Below are positions 1 through 11,750 of a stretch of DNA of 64,000 nt, in pieces; position 1 is the first letter of the stretch, and the number at the start of each line of letters is the position of its first letter. The DNA is taken from positions 55,056,001 through 55,120,000 of the forward strand of contig NC_045705.1 in NCBI RefSeq assembly GCF_009834535.1, read 5' to 3'. The position numbers and the translations under genes are program-made. Origin of the DNA: Camelus ferus (Eukaryota). Below the pieces are notes generated by a model that saw nothing but the letters and a program-made list of their open reading frames with translations, was not told where the DNA came from and made no database searches.

Positions 1-76
1 TGCACTCTCATCTTCCATTTTCTTGTTTTACTCTCTGGTAACTTTACTTCCTACTTAAAAAAAAAAAAAAAGATGC

Positions 77-513
77 TGTATCAGTCAGGGTTCTCCAGAA
101 AAAGAGAACCAATATATAGAGAGAGACACACAGAGAAGAGACAGAGATAGAGAGACAGAGAGGCGTTTATTTTAAGAAATTGGCTCACATGATTGTGGGG
201 CTGGCAAGTCCAAAATCCTTAAGGTAGATAGGTCAGCATGCTGGAAACTCAGGCAGGAGTTAATGTTGCAGTGTCTTGAGGGAGAATTCCTTCTTCTCTG
301 GGAAATCNNNNNNNNNNNNNNNNNNNNNNNNNNNNNNNNNNNNNNNNNNNNNNNNNNNNNNNNNNNNNNNNNNNNNNNNNNNNNNNNNNNNNNNNNNNNN
401 NNNNNNNNNNNNNNNNNNNNNNNNNNNNNNNNNNNNNNNNNGATTATTAGCGTTTGATGAAATAACTGGGTACTGTAACCTAGCCAATTTGACACACAAA
501 ACTAACCATTACA
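77..513 (-). mobile_element. MLT2-family (ERVL) solo LTR, partly N-masked
   Basis: Plus strand starts TGTATCAGTCAGGGTTCTCCAG and ends GCCAATTTGACACACAAAACTAACCATTACA, the reverse complements of the MLT2 termini as recalled; internal GA-rich tract at 115-160. Confidence 0.7.
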
Positions 514-536
514 CAATTATTTAAAAGGAATTCTCA

Positions 537-631
537 GGGGAGGGTAAAGCTCAGTGGTAGAGCACATGTTTAGCATGCACAAGGTCAGGTTCAATCCCCA
601 GTACCTCCATTTAAAAAAAAGACAGATAAAT
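537..631 (+). mobile_element. tRNA-derived SINE (camelid Vic-1-like)
   Basis: GGGGAGGGTAAAGCTCAGTGGTAGAGC (A box) ... GGTTCAATCCCCAGTACCTCC (B box), A-rich tail; approximately 14-bp target-site duplication AAAAGGAATTCTCA (523-536) / AAATGGAACTCTCA (632-645). Confidence 0.8.
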
Positions 632-777
632 AAATGGAACTCTCAACTTCCCAAAACCAAATCACAACTACTTAGATCTGATCTCATCCCTTCCTCCCTC
701 CTTCCTGTTTCCAATAAGAGTTTCTCCTCTCTCTTAAGCCAAGCTCTAGAACTTCGCTCTGGAAATACTCTCTTACC

Positions 778-1400
778 TTCATTTATTAGTATTTGTTGAG
801 CATCATCTGTGTTGGGCATTAATTTGGGTGTCTGGTTACATCAGTGTACAAAACAGTAACACTGACAAAAATTCCTGATTTATGGAGCTGACACTCCAGT
901 GGGGGACACAAATAACAAGTAATAAAATGAATAAACTGTATAGTACATAAGAAGTGGCAGTGCTATGGAAAAAAAGGGGATCAGGAATGTTTTAAGGGAG
1001 GACAGGTTGCAATTTTAAGTAGGATAATCAGAGTAAGTCTTAATAAAAGGTGGCATCTAAGCAAAGACATGAAGGAAAGGAGGGCAGCTCTTCCCCCTGT
1101 CTTTGCCTGATTAATTCTAATTCACCTTTGAAATCTCAGCTTCAAAATCACTTCCTCAGGGAAGCTCTCCTTCATCCCACATGCAGGTAAGTTGGCACTA
1201 CTGTATATCCCCATTACAATGCACATTTCTTCTTTGCGAACGTTCATCACAGTTGGGATTACTTGTTCTATATTGACCATCACCATATCGAAGTTAAATT
1301 CCAAGAAAACTAGGATAGCATCTTTCTCATTCACCTCTATATCTGCAGGACTTAACGTTGGTAAAAGAAGTCATTCAAATATTTATGAAATATGTAAATA
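778..1400. mobile_element. Two adjacent L2 fragments in opposite orientation (approx. 778-1085 minus, 1090-1400 plus)
   Basis: L2 3' end hallmarks (CATTTATTAGTATTTGTTGAGCA; AAATCACTTCCTCAGGGAAGC); boundaries approximate. Confidence 0.5.
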
Positions 1401-2009
1401 CATGGATGAATGTGGGACATACCAAGAAAAGGCAAAACAGAGTCTGGAATTATTAGCATGATGAACACCACAAATGAACTGATTCTTTTATAACCAAGCA
1501 TCAAAGAATAAAAAAAACTGGCTGAAGAGGAGGCCAGAGAAGTTATCTGGAACCTGATCAGAGAAGCCCCACTTGTGAGGCTAAGGAGTCTGGAGTCAGT
1601 GGAAGACCTTACGTAGATGAGTACCATGGTTAAATGCATATTTTACAAGAATCACTCTTGGTTAGTATGGAAAATGGATTGGTAGGTGTCTCCCAATAGC
1701 CCTTCTCCTTTTCTTCCTTGAACCCAATTTTTAATTGAGTAAGTGACTGGTAAGAATAAAGATGATGTTCCCCAGCCTGCCTTGCAGCAAGATATGAATG
1801 ATCTGCTGCAGGTGGAGGTGTTTTAGGTGTTGACTAATCTGTGGATGTTTAGAGCAGAAGATACCAAAAAGTGAGATTTTGAATTAAAAACACCTCTATA
1901 CCTCTAAATCACTGGCAAAAGGCCAAAGGTTAAATGCAGATTCATTTTGGTCTCTTCAGATAAAAAGCCTTTCTCTGATTATGCAAATAGCTGATAGAAG
2001 ACTGAACGA

Positions 2010-4330
2010 TGTGCATTCAACAAAGATTTATCAAGCACTTTCATGTGCCAGGCACTGTGATAAGGATACAATGGTGAGCAATGCAGACAAGGACTCTGAC
2101 CCCACGGGGTGTATAATTACCAACTGTACAAGTGCTACATGCCTAAAACATGAGGAATTATGGGAGCTGGGGTCTGGGAAGTTATTTGAGGAAATAGTAT
2201 TTCAACTAAGTACTTCCAGAATGAGTAGAAGCTCAGTAGATCATGTAAGGGGGAAAGCATTACAGGCCAGGAAACAGCAAGTACAAAGGCCCTGAGATGG
2301 ACTAGTGTATGACAGGTTAGAGGAACTGAAAGGCCAGTGTGGTCAGAGCAGAGAGAGGGAGAGTGAGGTGTGGTTCAATTCAATTTAGTTCAATTCAACA
2401 AACAGTATTAACTGTCCAGTGTTGACAATCATTGATAAGATCAAGGTAGGACTGAGGTAGGCAGTGGCTAGATCACACAAGATCTTGTAAGTCATGCGTA
2501 GAATGTCAGTTTTTAATCCTAAGAAGAATTGGAAGCTATTGCAAGGTTTTAAGCATCAGTTTGTGTCTTCTGGCCAATGGATGGAGACTAGGTTGGAGGG
2601 GTGCACAACTGGATAGGGGAAGTAGCAGGAATTGGAATAATCCTGGTGGGAGATCATGAAGATAAGAGAGGCAGCAGAATTTAGGGATTTTTAGAAATGT
2701 AAACGGATAGGATTTGGCAATTGAGTGAACGGGTAAGTGAGGTTTCTAGCTTCTGCAACTGGTTGAGTACTAGGCACAAGAGCAAAGTTTATGAGGAAAC
2801 CTGCTGAGCTTGGTGGGATGTTTCTGAAACACCAAAGTGGAGATGTCAATCAAGCAGCCCGGAGGAGAGATCTGAAAGTCATCAGCAACTAAAGCTCAGA
2901 GTGGGGATGACACAATCGCAGAAAAATTAGATTGAGAAAGAATGGGGCTTAGAGATACCTTTAGATTTAAAGGTTGGAGGCCAGTAAGCCTGCAAAGGAG
3001 CCTAAGGACTCCTGCAAAGGAGGCCAGAGGTTCTAGTAAAACCATGAGAGTGGAATCATAGACACCTATGTGTTGATGAGGAACTAGTCAATAGTACCAG
3101 ATGCCACTGAGAAGTGAAGTGGGCCGAGGAAATAAGCTGAGGGCAATAACCGCTGGATTCAGAGATATGATGGTCACTTGGTGAGCTAGGGTGACCTCAG
3201 TAAGAACCATTTCAATAGACTAAAGGTTTTGTAGAAGTCAAAACAGACTGGGATGAGGCATGGGAGTGGAGAGGGCCAAAGTATCCAACTTTTCTGGGGG
3301 GAGAAGTTTAGAGGTTTTGAGAAGTTTAGCTACAAAATGGGGAAAAAATTGGATGGTAACTGGAGGTGAAATGAGGTAGAGTGGTTTGTTTGTTGTAATG
3401 AAACTTTAGCACGTTAAACACTGATGAGAAGAATTTAGTAAAGTGGCAAAAAGCCAGAGAATAAGGAAGGACTAGGATTCAGAGCACAGGAATGAGCACT
3501 GACCTTAAGAGGGATGCTTGTCCTGTTTAGACAGGAGGGAAAGAGAGCATGATAACAATGTAGGTGGGTGACCAAGCTTTGGGTTGCAAAATGTTGCAGG
3601 AGTTCCCAATGGATAGCTTCTACTTTGCCTATGAATTAAAAATAAGGTGACCTACAGAAAGTGAGAATGGTAGGAGTAATACGAGGCTTAAGAATATTGG
3701 TTTGAAATAGTCATTGCAGGGAAGAGGAAAGACGGCTAGAAAAATTAAGTGGGATTACAGGGGCCCAGACTCCATCTAAAGTTGATAACCATGAATTCAT
3801 AGTAATATAAATCTGCTCTTTAGTGATTTTCCTTGGGTGCCTTTTAGATGTCCAAATGTAGGCACTAATGTTTCCTTTTATCCAAGTCCAACAAAGAGAG
3901 GTGAGACAAGGAAATTAAGCCTATTCCAAGAGAATGACTAGAATTTAAACTTGATTGGAATCTAAAGATAAGGTGTTAACGGAAAGAAGGTAGAAGCAAT
4001 GGCCTGAATGATCCCGTGAAATAAAAAGGTGGTAGAGGAATAGCTCAACAGACAAAGTGGAAGGAATACAGTCAGTGAATAAGATGCAAGTGTTTTGAAG
4101 ATGGAGCAGTCTGGGTGGTGACAATGGTCAGGATATGACTAAGGGAGTGAGTGGCTAAGACAGGGTGGAAATCTTTGGAGACTAGGTCAAGGAACTAAGA
4201 GACCAAAACATTGGAAAGACTGTCATTATAACATTAAATTACCAAGAGGTGGATGGGAAGACCAAAGACTAGCTATTTAGGGGGAAGTAAGAGAGTGACA
4301 GTTACTAAGGACAAGTAATGAGACAGGGTG
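2010..4330 (-). mobile_element. Long degenerate L2 LINE relic
   Basis: Starts with the antisense L2 tail (CATTCAACAAAGATTTATCAAGCACTTTCATGTGCCAGGCACTG) and continues as purine-rich antisense L2 ORF2-like sequence; boundaries approximate. Confidence 0.55.
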
Positions 4331-6465
4331 ATATAGCTGAATAGGCTCAAAGGAATCACTTTGCAAAGAAGTGGGCCACAAGGTCCACTAAAGTTGTTTA
4401 GTTCAAGTTGTGAAGCCACAAGGTCTGGAACAACCCTGTCTCCAATATGTGTTTGTGATAAAGGGATAAAGCTTTGTCAGTGTTTATCCTTGTGTTGTGC
4501 TTGGAACATCACATTGCTCTCATTATGCCAATGGCTAACACTTCCATAGTAAGTCCTGAGGGAGCCTTCAGTGACTATGGAAGACAGAACGAATAAGGTT
4601 TTTCTCCTAAGTACTGAACACATTTACAGACAGAGAGGAGAGAAGAGATGTTAGAGTTGAGGGACTAACTGGTGGACTAGACTAAGGGACACTTGTTTTC
4701 CCATGCCCAGTGACAGGCTGGGTGCAGATGAGCAAGCACAAATGAGCTCTGGAAGTTCGAAGAACATAAGCTTTAGACTCAGATCTATGTTCCTAGCCCC
4801 TCTCCAGCAATTACTAATTATGTGACATGGAAACACAGATAATTCACAATGGAAGTTTATTGCAAGGATATAAACACAAATGTTAATGTGGAAGAATCCT
4901 CCCACCAGCAGCGCAATATGCCAGGTCCCCATCCTGTCACTGAGAATTCAGTTCACCAGCTCTTTTACCTGCATTTGTACCTTCCAAGGAGAGGACTTTA
5001 TTCCACCTCCCTCAATAGGTATCTGTATATAAGGTGGGCTCTCCTGGTACAATTGAATTCTTGTTTCCTCATCTGTTAAATTGGGTAATACCAGCAGCAG
5101 AACCCATACAAAGTGGGTGCTCAACAGATATTTTGAAAGGCAAACCTGGTGTAGTAAAGGAAACATGGATTTTAAAGTCAGATCTGCATTTTCAGACAGG
5201 GTCTGCTACTAGAGAATTTCAACTTCCTGATCTGCCCAGGGGAGAAAAACATCTGCTCTCTGGGTAGTTCTTAAGTTTCTGTTTTTGTTTTTTAGTTACT
5301 ATTGTGGGAGCCAATGTCTAAGAGCTTCCATTTCCATTTAAAAAATGAAACATGGTCATCTGATGGGGAAGAGCTGAGGGTGAGGTGGGGGATTAGGGAG
5401 AGAAGCAGTGAAGGTATAAAATAACTGCTGTGGTGACTAAGAGAGCAAATAGACCAGGAACCCCCAAAGGGTTGCTTGATGGTAGTAAGGGCTTGGTTGC
5501 AGCTAGAGATCTTAGTGTCATTCAATATATTTAGTGGCATTCAATATACAGCTGTTTTTCTCTAGCAGTGTGAATGGAAGAGCAGCAAAGTTAGAACAGC
5601 TGGGATGATACAAAAAGGATGCAAGAGTGGAAAGAAAATTCGGTGATGGTGTGATAGGCCATTCAGACTGCTGAATACAGAAGTAAATTCAACAACGGGA
5701 AGGGCGATTATGAGGAAAGAACAGAGAGGGTGAAATGAGAAATCACAGAACAGGCACAGTGGGAACAACAGGGGGCAGGGGAGGAAGAGCTAGAATTAGA
5801 TTATAGACAAGTAGCGAGACATTAAGGTAACAGTCAAGAAGTCTTTAAGATTTTGCTTTCCTCCTTTTTTCCCCATAACCACCACCATCTACTTCTCCCT
5901 TGGGTTTCTCTCCCTCAAGTCTGTGTTGCAGAATACAGTTCCCCAAGTTTTCCCCTTTCTGACTGCTCCTGAAAACAAGCACACATACCTTCTTTGATAA
6001 TAGGTTTTACTGCTTATCCTGGAAGACAGAAAAGAGTAAGAAAGTAACAACTCAGGGAAATAGTTGAAGTTCCAGAACACTCCAGAATTCTTACAGGTTT
6101 TAGCTCTGTCTGAGGCTACTGACTTCCCAGGAGGTAGTGCCTAAAAGGCCTGTAGTTTCCTAATTTGTTGTTCCTAGATATCTCTTAAATGAGCCATTTA
6201 AGTCAGATAGATTTAAGTTAAGGTCAGCTAGATGGGCAGAGCTCCCATTTTCTCTGTCATCTGGGCAGGAACCAACTTCCTGTTGCTACTGCCACAGGAC
6301 CTTACTTTAAGCAGGTGTTTGGGAATGTTGAGGTTTACTTTCTACACATAGAAGGCAATTTCTCTGCTGCCAGGGCTGAAGCACTGACAGAATAAGAAGA
6401 ATGGTGCCAATAAAGTGGGCAAAGCTTCCCTGCCCATTATATAAACCAAAAAGAGTAAAAGCGGG

Positions 6466-6471
6466 TTTATT
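6466..6471 (-). terminator. Candidate proximal poly(A) signal of TIMM10B
   Basis: TTTATT on plus = AATAAA on minus, about 140 nt after the stop; further candidates at 4997-5002 and 4856-4861. Confidence 0.45.
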
Positions 6472-6612
6472 AGCTCCAGGAAAAGGAGCAACAGTACCCA
6501 GCTCTCAGGCAACCCCTCACTTTCTATACCCAGGCTGCACCTAGCCCAAGGTCCACTGGTTCCTTCAATCTGAGGGTCCATCCAGTGCCTCCCTTCCTGG
6601 GGTTGGGCATGG

Positions 6613-6789
6613 CTAGCTGCCTGATGGCGAGGTTTCGGGCTGTTCAGCAGCAGCACCTGGCACAGCTGAGGCAGCCTCGTAGTCGGCGATGCGGCGCTGT
6701 ACCAGGGCGGGCATGAGCTGCACGTAAGCAGCCATGAGGCGGTGGTTGGAATCGATCAGCTTCCCAGCACAGCTGTGCAGACAGGCCTC
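6613..6789 (-). CDS. TIMM10B: TIMM10B coding exon 3
   Basis: Acceptor TTCCAG, 177 nt, stop TAG 6615-6613. Confidence 0.95.
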   Translation of the reverse strand, partial: EACLHSCAGKLIDSNHRLMAAYVQLMPALVQRRIADYEAASAVPGAAAEQPETSPSGS

Positions 6790-7286
6790 CTGGAAGGAAG
6801 ACCAAAGGTGTTCTGTCAGGTCCATCTCCTTCTTTCCCATCCCTCGCCTAGGCCAGGGCTAGAGGTAGGGGAAGCGCGGGGGAGAGGCAAGTAGCCTATG
6901 GTTAACTCTTGAGGATCGGGGGTAAGCTCCCTACTCAGTTCCCCACCTAACCTCCTCAGCATCCAGAGCTCGATGGTGCAGGCTGGGCACGCAGCGCTGG
7001 AAGCAGAGTTCCGTCATCCGATTGTAGACCAACAGGAAGTCCCGCAGCTGGGAGGGAAGGGTACAAGGAATTCAGCGAAGAAGAGGACCGTATCTCAACT
7101 CAAGGCCGCACCGCCCGAGGTTCCCAGCACCGCGCACCAAGGCCCGACGTTCTCAGCCCTCGGATGCCTGGCTCTTTGGGGTTCCCGCCACGCTGACAAG
7201 GATGCTAGGTAAACGTATGGCCCTATAGCGACTCTGCTCCCACTCACGTTTCTCAACTGCTGTTGCTGCTGCTGCTGCTGCTCCAT
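6613..7286 (-). CDS. TIMM10B: Mitochondrial import inner membrane translocase subunit Tim10B (Tim9b/FXC1), 103 aa, 3 coding exons
   Basis: join(7248-7286, 6952-7047, 6613-6789), all GT-AG; translates [103 protein letters not shown]; twin CX3C motif (CFQRC, CLHSC) of the small Tim family. Confidence 0.97.
6952..7047 (-). CDS. TIMM10B: TIMM10B coding exon 2
   Basis: Acceptor CAG 7050-7048, 96 nt, donor GTTAGG. Confidence 0.95.
7248..7286 (-). CDS. TIMM10B: TIMM10B coding exon 1 (MEQ8LRN)
   Basis: ATG at 7286-7284; donor GTGAGT from 7247. Confidence 0.95.
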
Positions 7287-7472
7287 CGCGCCAAGGGCGC
7301 CTGCCCTACGTCACTTCCGTTACAACTTCTAGGTAACGCCCCGGAAATGACCTCTTGTGGCTCCCCAGAGACAGCGGGGTTGGCTCAAGGATCGTCCTGC
7401 CCCCTGCTGCCTACGTCACTTCCGCCCTTATCATTTGCGACGTGGCCGGCTTCTTCTGCCCGGGAGAGGACG
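7287..7472. promoter_or_regulatory. Bidirectional CpG-rich promoter shared by TIMM10B and ARFIP2
   Basis: Head-to-head genes; TATA-less and CpG-rich; CCTACGTCACTTCCG at 7305-7319 and 7410-7424 (ETS plus CRE-like), CCGGAAAT at 7341-7348. Confidence 0.85.
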
Positions 7473-8378
7473 NNNNNNNNNNNNNNNNNNNNNNNNNNNN
7501 NNNNNNNNNNNNNNNNNNNNNNNNNNNNNNNNNNNNNNNNNNNNNNNNNNNNNNNNNNNNNNNNNNNNNNNNNNNNNNNNNNNNNNNNNNNNNNNNNNNN
7601 NNNNCGAGAGCAAGTTGAATGCACGAACCTGACCTGAGGTCAGGATGCCTCTGAGCCCTGGGGAAGGATGAGAACACACCTGATGCCCAGGTGTATGTGG
7701 GGGGAGGGCGGAGACTCACACCTGGGGAGACATAACTGACTTTGGAAGAGATCACATATGTCCTGGGAAAGAGAGGCTTTTGCCAGAGGTCGGGAACTTA
7801 AACCAACTGATTTAACTAAGGCCTGAAGGGGAGGGCCCGAGGAAAAGGAGGTGCATGGGATGGAGGAGGGGGAGACCACCTGCAGGAAAGGGAAGAAACA
7901 GTAAAGAAGTGTGGAAGGCCAAGCAATGGAGAACTTACCTGAAGTGGGGGGATGGGTAGACACCTGAGCCCTGGAAAGGGGTTCACCTCCTGATCAGGGG
8001 AAACACCTGCATGGGGATAAGCTTCTTGAGAGCACGGACTTTATCTCGTGTTCACTGCCTCAAATAGTGCACATGGTCGGCACTCATTAAATGTCTGTTG
8101 AAGAACTGAATGCATGAATGATCACTGGAGTCCTGAGTGGGGTGGGGGTGGGGGGGGTGGGCCATGAGAACATGATCTCAGGTTAGGCACACCTGTGGCC
8201 TGGGTGTGCGTGTATAGAAGCATGTACCTTGGAGGGGAGATATACATAGAGCTAAGGAAAGAGTGATGTCCAAACCCCAGAACACTGAAGCCCTGGGACA
8301 ACCTCAGAAATGGCAGGGGAGATCTTCCTCTTCGGAGTACTGGCCAGTTTTCAGAAGTGTCTGTATTGGGCTTTGCAG

Positions 8379-8519
8379 GGCGCTGGGGTGGAGACTTTGA
8401 ATCCGGTCCCTTCGCTCGCCATGACGGACGGGATCCTAGGGAAGGCAGCCACAATGGAGATCCCCATCCACGGGAATGGTGAAGCTGGGCAGCTTCCTGA
8501 GGATGATGGGCTGGAGCAG
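8379..8519 (+). CDS. ARFIP2: ARFIP2 exon 2 (ATG at 8421)
   Basis: Acceptor TTTGCAG/8379; 99 coding nt; GT donor at 8520. Confidence 0.92.
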
Positions 8520-11500
8520 GTGCTTCTGTTCAATTCTTCTCCATGTTGTTTCGGTTGAGGAATCCCAACTCATAAACCCTGAGCTTGCACCCCAGTAGCC
8601 TTCCCTGAACTTACCTGACTCCCTTCAATCTTTTTACAAATCTTTGTTCTGATTCTGTGCAGACGTCCCTTGTGTGCTCTCTCTCTGATGCTTCAATCCA
8701 AGCTTGTTTTCACCCCCAAAATGCTTCAGCTGCCCCTCNNNNNNNNNNNNNNNNNNNNNNNNNNNNNNNNNNNNNNNNNNNNNNNNNNNNNNNNNNNNNN
8801 NNNNNNNNNNNNNNNNNNNNNNNNNNNNNNNNNNNNNNNNNNNNNNNNNNNNNNNNNNNNNNNNNNNNNNNNNNNNNNNNNNNNNNAGGACAGGGAGCTT
8901 GAGTGGAGAGGGGGAGAGGGATGGTTCTAGGGATCATAGGATGTGTCTAAGAAGGCTTGAATTCTGTCTAGAGATCCTGGGAACCTCTGCCAGTATGAAC
9001 CCTATGGAATCTCAGCCCAAGGCCCATTCCCAGGGTTGTCCATCTGCTTCCATTTGCCGTATAGTCCCCGAGATACGCTCATGGGTCCTTTCTGTGCTGT
9101 TACCACCTGAGTTGAAAGAAGAACTCTGTTTCACAGACCATTCCCCTGCTCTGGAGCCTGAATCTTATTTGGAACTTTGTGAGGCTTTTCAGACTTTTAC
9201 TTTACACTCTAATGTTTAGAGGAACAAACAGCCCGGAATCTCACACTGACAAGGATTCCACATGAGAATGTCAACCGGGTTTCTGTTTGATGGACCCACC
9301 ATTCTTGATCAGCCACTCTGTACTCAGCCTATTTTGGCTGTTTCCTCTGCCCCTGTCCACTAGCAACTCCCTCTTCCCTCCTCCAACCACCACCACCACC
9401 TCAAAAGGAGGCTGATACATATTGGGATTTGAGTGTCAGGGCACAAGGTATGAGTTCCTCCTAGTTGGGTAGGAGAATCTAATTGTCTCTAGCTTATGCT
9501 CCTTCAGGGAAATCATTATCAGTGCTGGGAGGGAAGTATGGGTGGAACCACAGAGGTTTTTTGATTGTATCTGAGAGAGGCTGGTGTCAAAGAACTTGGT
9601 CCTTTAGGGTCTGGCCGCCATCCATCTCACAGTGCTACTCCTGCTGGCCCCGGAGATGAGGTGGCTCGGGGCATCGCTGGAGAGAAGTTTGACATTGTCA
9701 AGAAATGGGGCATTAACACATATAAGGTGAGATTCAAGCACCTCTCCCTTCCCTCAAACTTTCCTAGGTGCCTTTTCCCTATCTTCCAGATCCTAGTATC
9801 CTATCTATGGCTGAGACTAGGAGCCTGGGGATGCTGGGATAGATACCTGCTGGGAGGGGACGGCGTACTAGGGTCTCTGATCTGTTCCCCCGCTTCCCAA
9901 TCAGTGCACAAAGCAGCTGTTATCAGAGCGATTTGGCNNNNNNNNNNNNNNNNNNNNNNNNNNNNNNNNNNNNNNNNNNNNNNNNNNNNNNNNNNNNNNN
10001 NNNNNNNNNNNNNNNNNNNNNNNNNNNNNNNNNNNNNNNNNNNNNNNNNNNNNNNNNNNNNNNNNNNNNNNNNNNNNNNNNNNNNNNNNNNNNNNNNNNN
10101 NNNNNNNNNNNNNNNNNNNNNNNNNNNNNNNNNNNNNNNNNCAAAGAGGGTGGGGGGACTGGGCCCAGGCCCTCCCAGGCAGTCACCCCTCAGCCTCCCT
10201 CCCTCCCTCCTGCAGCCCAGAGGGAGAACCCCTCCAGGGTGGGCCCAGCCCTGCCCCCAGCAGCACTCACCTGTGGAGGCGGCCTAAGGGTTTGTACAGA
10301 GGTCCAAAAGTTGGAGGGGGTGGGGGAGGCGGCACACTAGGTGCCTCACAAGTAACCCTTCTCCGCATTGACCAGAATACCTTCAGTGCTCAGCCTAATC
10401 AGAGCCTCTCCCTTGCCTGCTACACCAGCTTTCCCTGATCTAGGCCTGCGAACTTATCTGAGAGCCCCACTCCCACATTCCTGCCCCAGGCATCCCCAGA
10501 ATAGCCCCACTAACTTTCTGGCTAAGAGAGCCTTGCTGGAGGCAGTCCTGGGTTGTTCCAGTTTCAATGGCTGTTTCCCCTGGGGCGGCAGGGGGAGGGG
10601 GGAGGCTACAGCTCCATTCAGGTGGGGACTGTTACTCAAGGCCTGTCCCTCCCTTCTGCCCTCAGGAGGAATTTGGCTACAATGCAGAAACGCAGAAGCT
10701 GCTGTGCAAGAATGGAGAGACACTGCTCGGGGCTGTGAACTTCTTTGTCTCTAGCATCAACACATTGGTAACCAAGACCATGGAGGACACACTCATGACT
10801 GTCAAACAGTATGAGGCTGCCAGGTGTGGGCACTGGCAGGGCCTAGGGTTTTGGGAGTTGGCTGGCTTGGGTGGAAGTTTGAGCTTTAGGGGCCTAAGAA
10901 TTGAGGAAAGAAAGGCGAGTATGTGTGGAGAACAAAGGGGTGGAGACCAGCCTGTATCACCCCCTCCCCAGGCTGGAATATGATGCCTACCGAACAGACT
11001 TAGAGGAGCTGAGCCTAGGCCCTCGGGATGCAGGGACGCGTNNNNNNNNNNNNNNNNNNNNNNNNNNNNNNNNNNNNNNNNNNNNNNNNNNNNNNNNNNN
11101 NNNNNNNNNNNNNNNNNNNNNNNNNNNNNNNNNNNNNNNNNNNNNNNNNNNNNNNNNNNNNNNNNNNNNNNNNCCACCTTCCCATCTGTAACATTGACCT
11201 CACTCCTCTGAAACCCTCCCCATCATTGAATGGGAAATGCAGCCTGGCTAAGGAGTGGGATCTTCCCCCAGCCCTCTCAACCCCTGGACCTTTCCACTCA
11301 CCCTCTCTCTGATCCCTGGCCCTTTTCTATTGGTGGATTTAGCTGCTGGTCCCAGGGACATAACTGGGAAAAATCACCCCTTGAGCTTGGGTACCAGAAT
11401 CCCAGGCCCAGCCAATCAAGTCAGATGTCTCCTATCAGATTAGTCCTTATCCTTGCACTCCGTTGGTGGAGTTCAGCTCCCATTCCAAAAAGCATCATCA

Positions 11501-11750
11501 GAGCAGAGTCCATGTGCCCCTGGTCTGGGCTTGGGCTCATAGCCCCTCAGGAAGGGTATCTGAGTCCAGTCTCAGCTNNNNNNNNNNNNNNNNNNNNNNN
11601 NNNNNNNNNNNNNNNNNNNNNNNNNNNNNNNNNNNNNNNNNNNNNNNNNNNNNNNNNNNNNNNNNNNNNNNNNNNNNNNNNNNNNNNNNNNNNNNNNNNN
11701 NNNNNNNNNNNNNNNNNNNNNNNNNNNNNNNNNNNNNNNNNNNNNNNNNN
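8421..11750 (+). CDS. ARFIP2: Arfaptin-2 (AH/BAR-domain protein), 341 aa expected, 7 coding exons
   Basis: Visible exons 8421-8519 ([20 protein letters not shown]), 9608-9726 (GSGRHPSH...KKWGINTYK), 9905- ([11 protein letters not shown]), 10666-10823 ([17 protein letters not shown]), 10972- ([24 protein letters not shown]). Exon 3, the ends of exons 5 and 7, and the last coding exon lie in N runs; the end coordinate is inferred. Confidence 0.93.
8739..8886 (+). CDS. ARFIP2: ARFIP2 exon 3 (97 nt expected), hidden in N run
   Basis: Not readable. Inferred because exon 2 ends in phase 0 and exon 4 starts in phase 1, and the orthologous DLQQVMVSG...LIPTG segment is otherwise missing. Confidence 0.55.
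9608..9726 (+). CDS. ARFIP2: ARFIP2 exon 4
   Basis: TTTAG/GG TCT GGC ... TAT AAG/GTGAGA, 119 nt. Confidence 0.95.
9905..10126 (+). CDS. ARFIP2: ARFIP2 exon 5 (3' part masked; end inferred from expected 222 nt)
   Basis: TCAG/TGC ACA AAG CAG CTG TTA TCA GAG CGA TTT GGC, then N. Confidence 0.8.
10666..10823 (+). CDS. ARFIP2: ARFIP2 exon 6
   Basis: CTCAG/GAG GAA TTT ... GCC AG/GTGTGG, 158 nt. Confidence 0.95.
10972..11146 (+). CDS. ARFIP2: ARFIP2 exon 7 (3' part masked; end inferred from expected 175 nt)
   Basis: CCCCAG/G CTG GAA TAT GAT GCC TAC CGA, then N from 11042. Confidence 0.8.
11595..11750 (+). CDS. ARFIP2: ARFIP2 last coding exon, hidden in N run 11578-11765
   Basis: Not readable. 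Sequence right after the gap (ACCTGGCTATCAAGAAGGACATT) resembles the start of the ARFIP2 3' UTR as recalled; coordinates approximate. Confidence 0.5.

Noticed and set aside
537-631. tRNA-like A and B boxes (also 17146-17260 and 54233-54355)
   Set aside because: They have A-rich tails, a target-site duplication in one case and no complete cloverleaf; they are SINEs, not tRNA genes.
1-6400. Possible DNHD1 exons, the next gene in the conserved order
   Set aside because: No dynein-like coding sequence recognised; the region is mostly repeats and probable TIMM10B 3' UTR.
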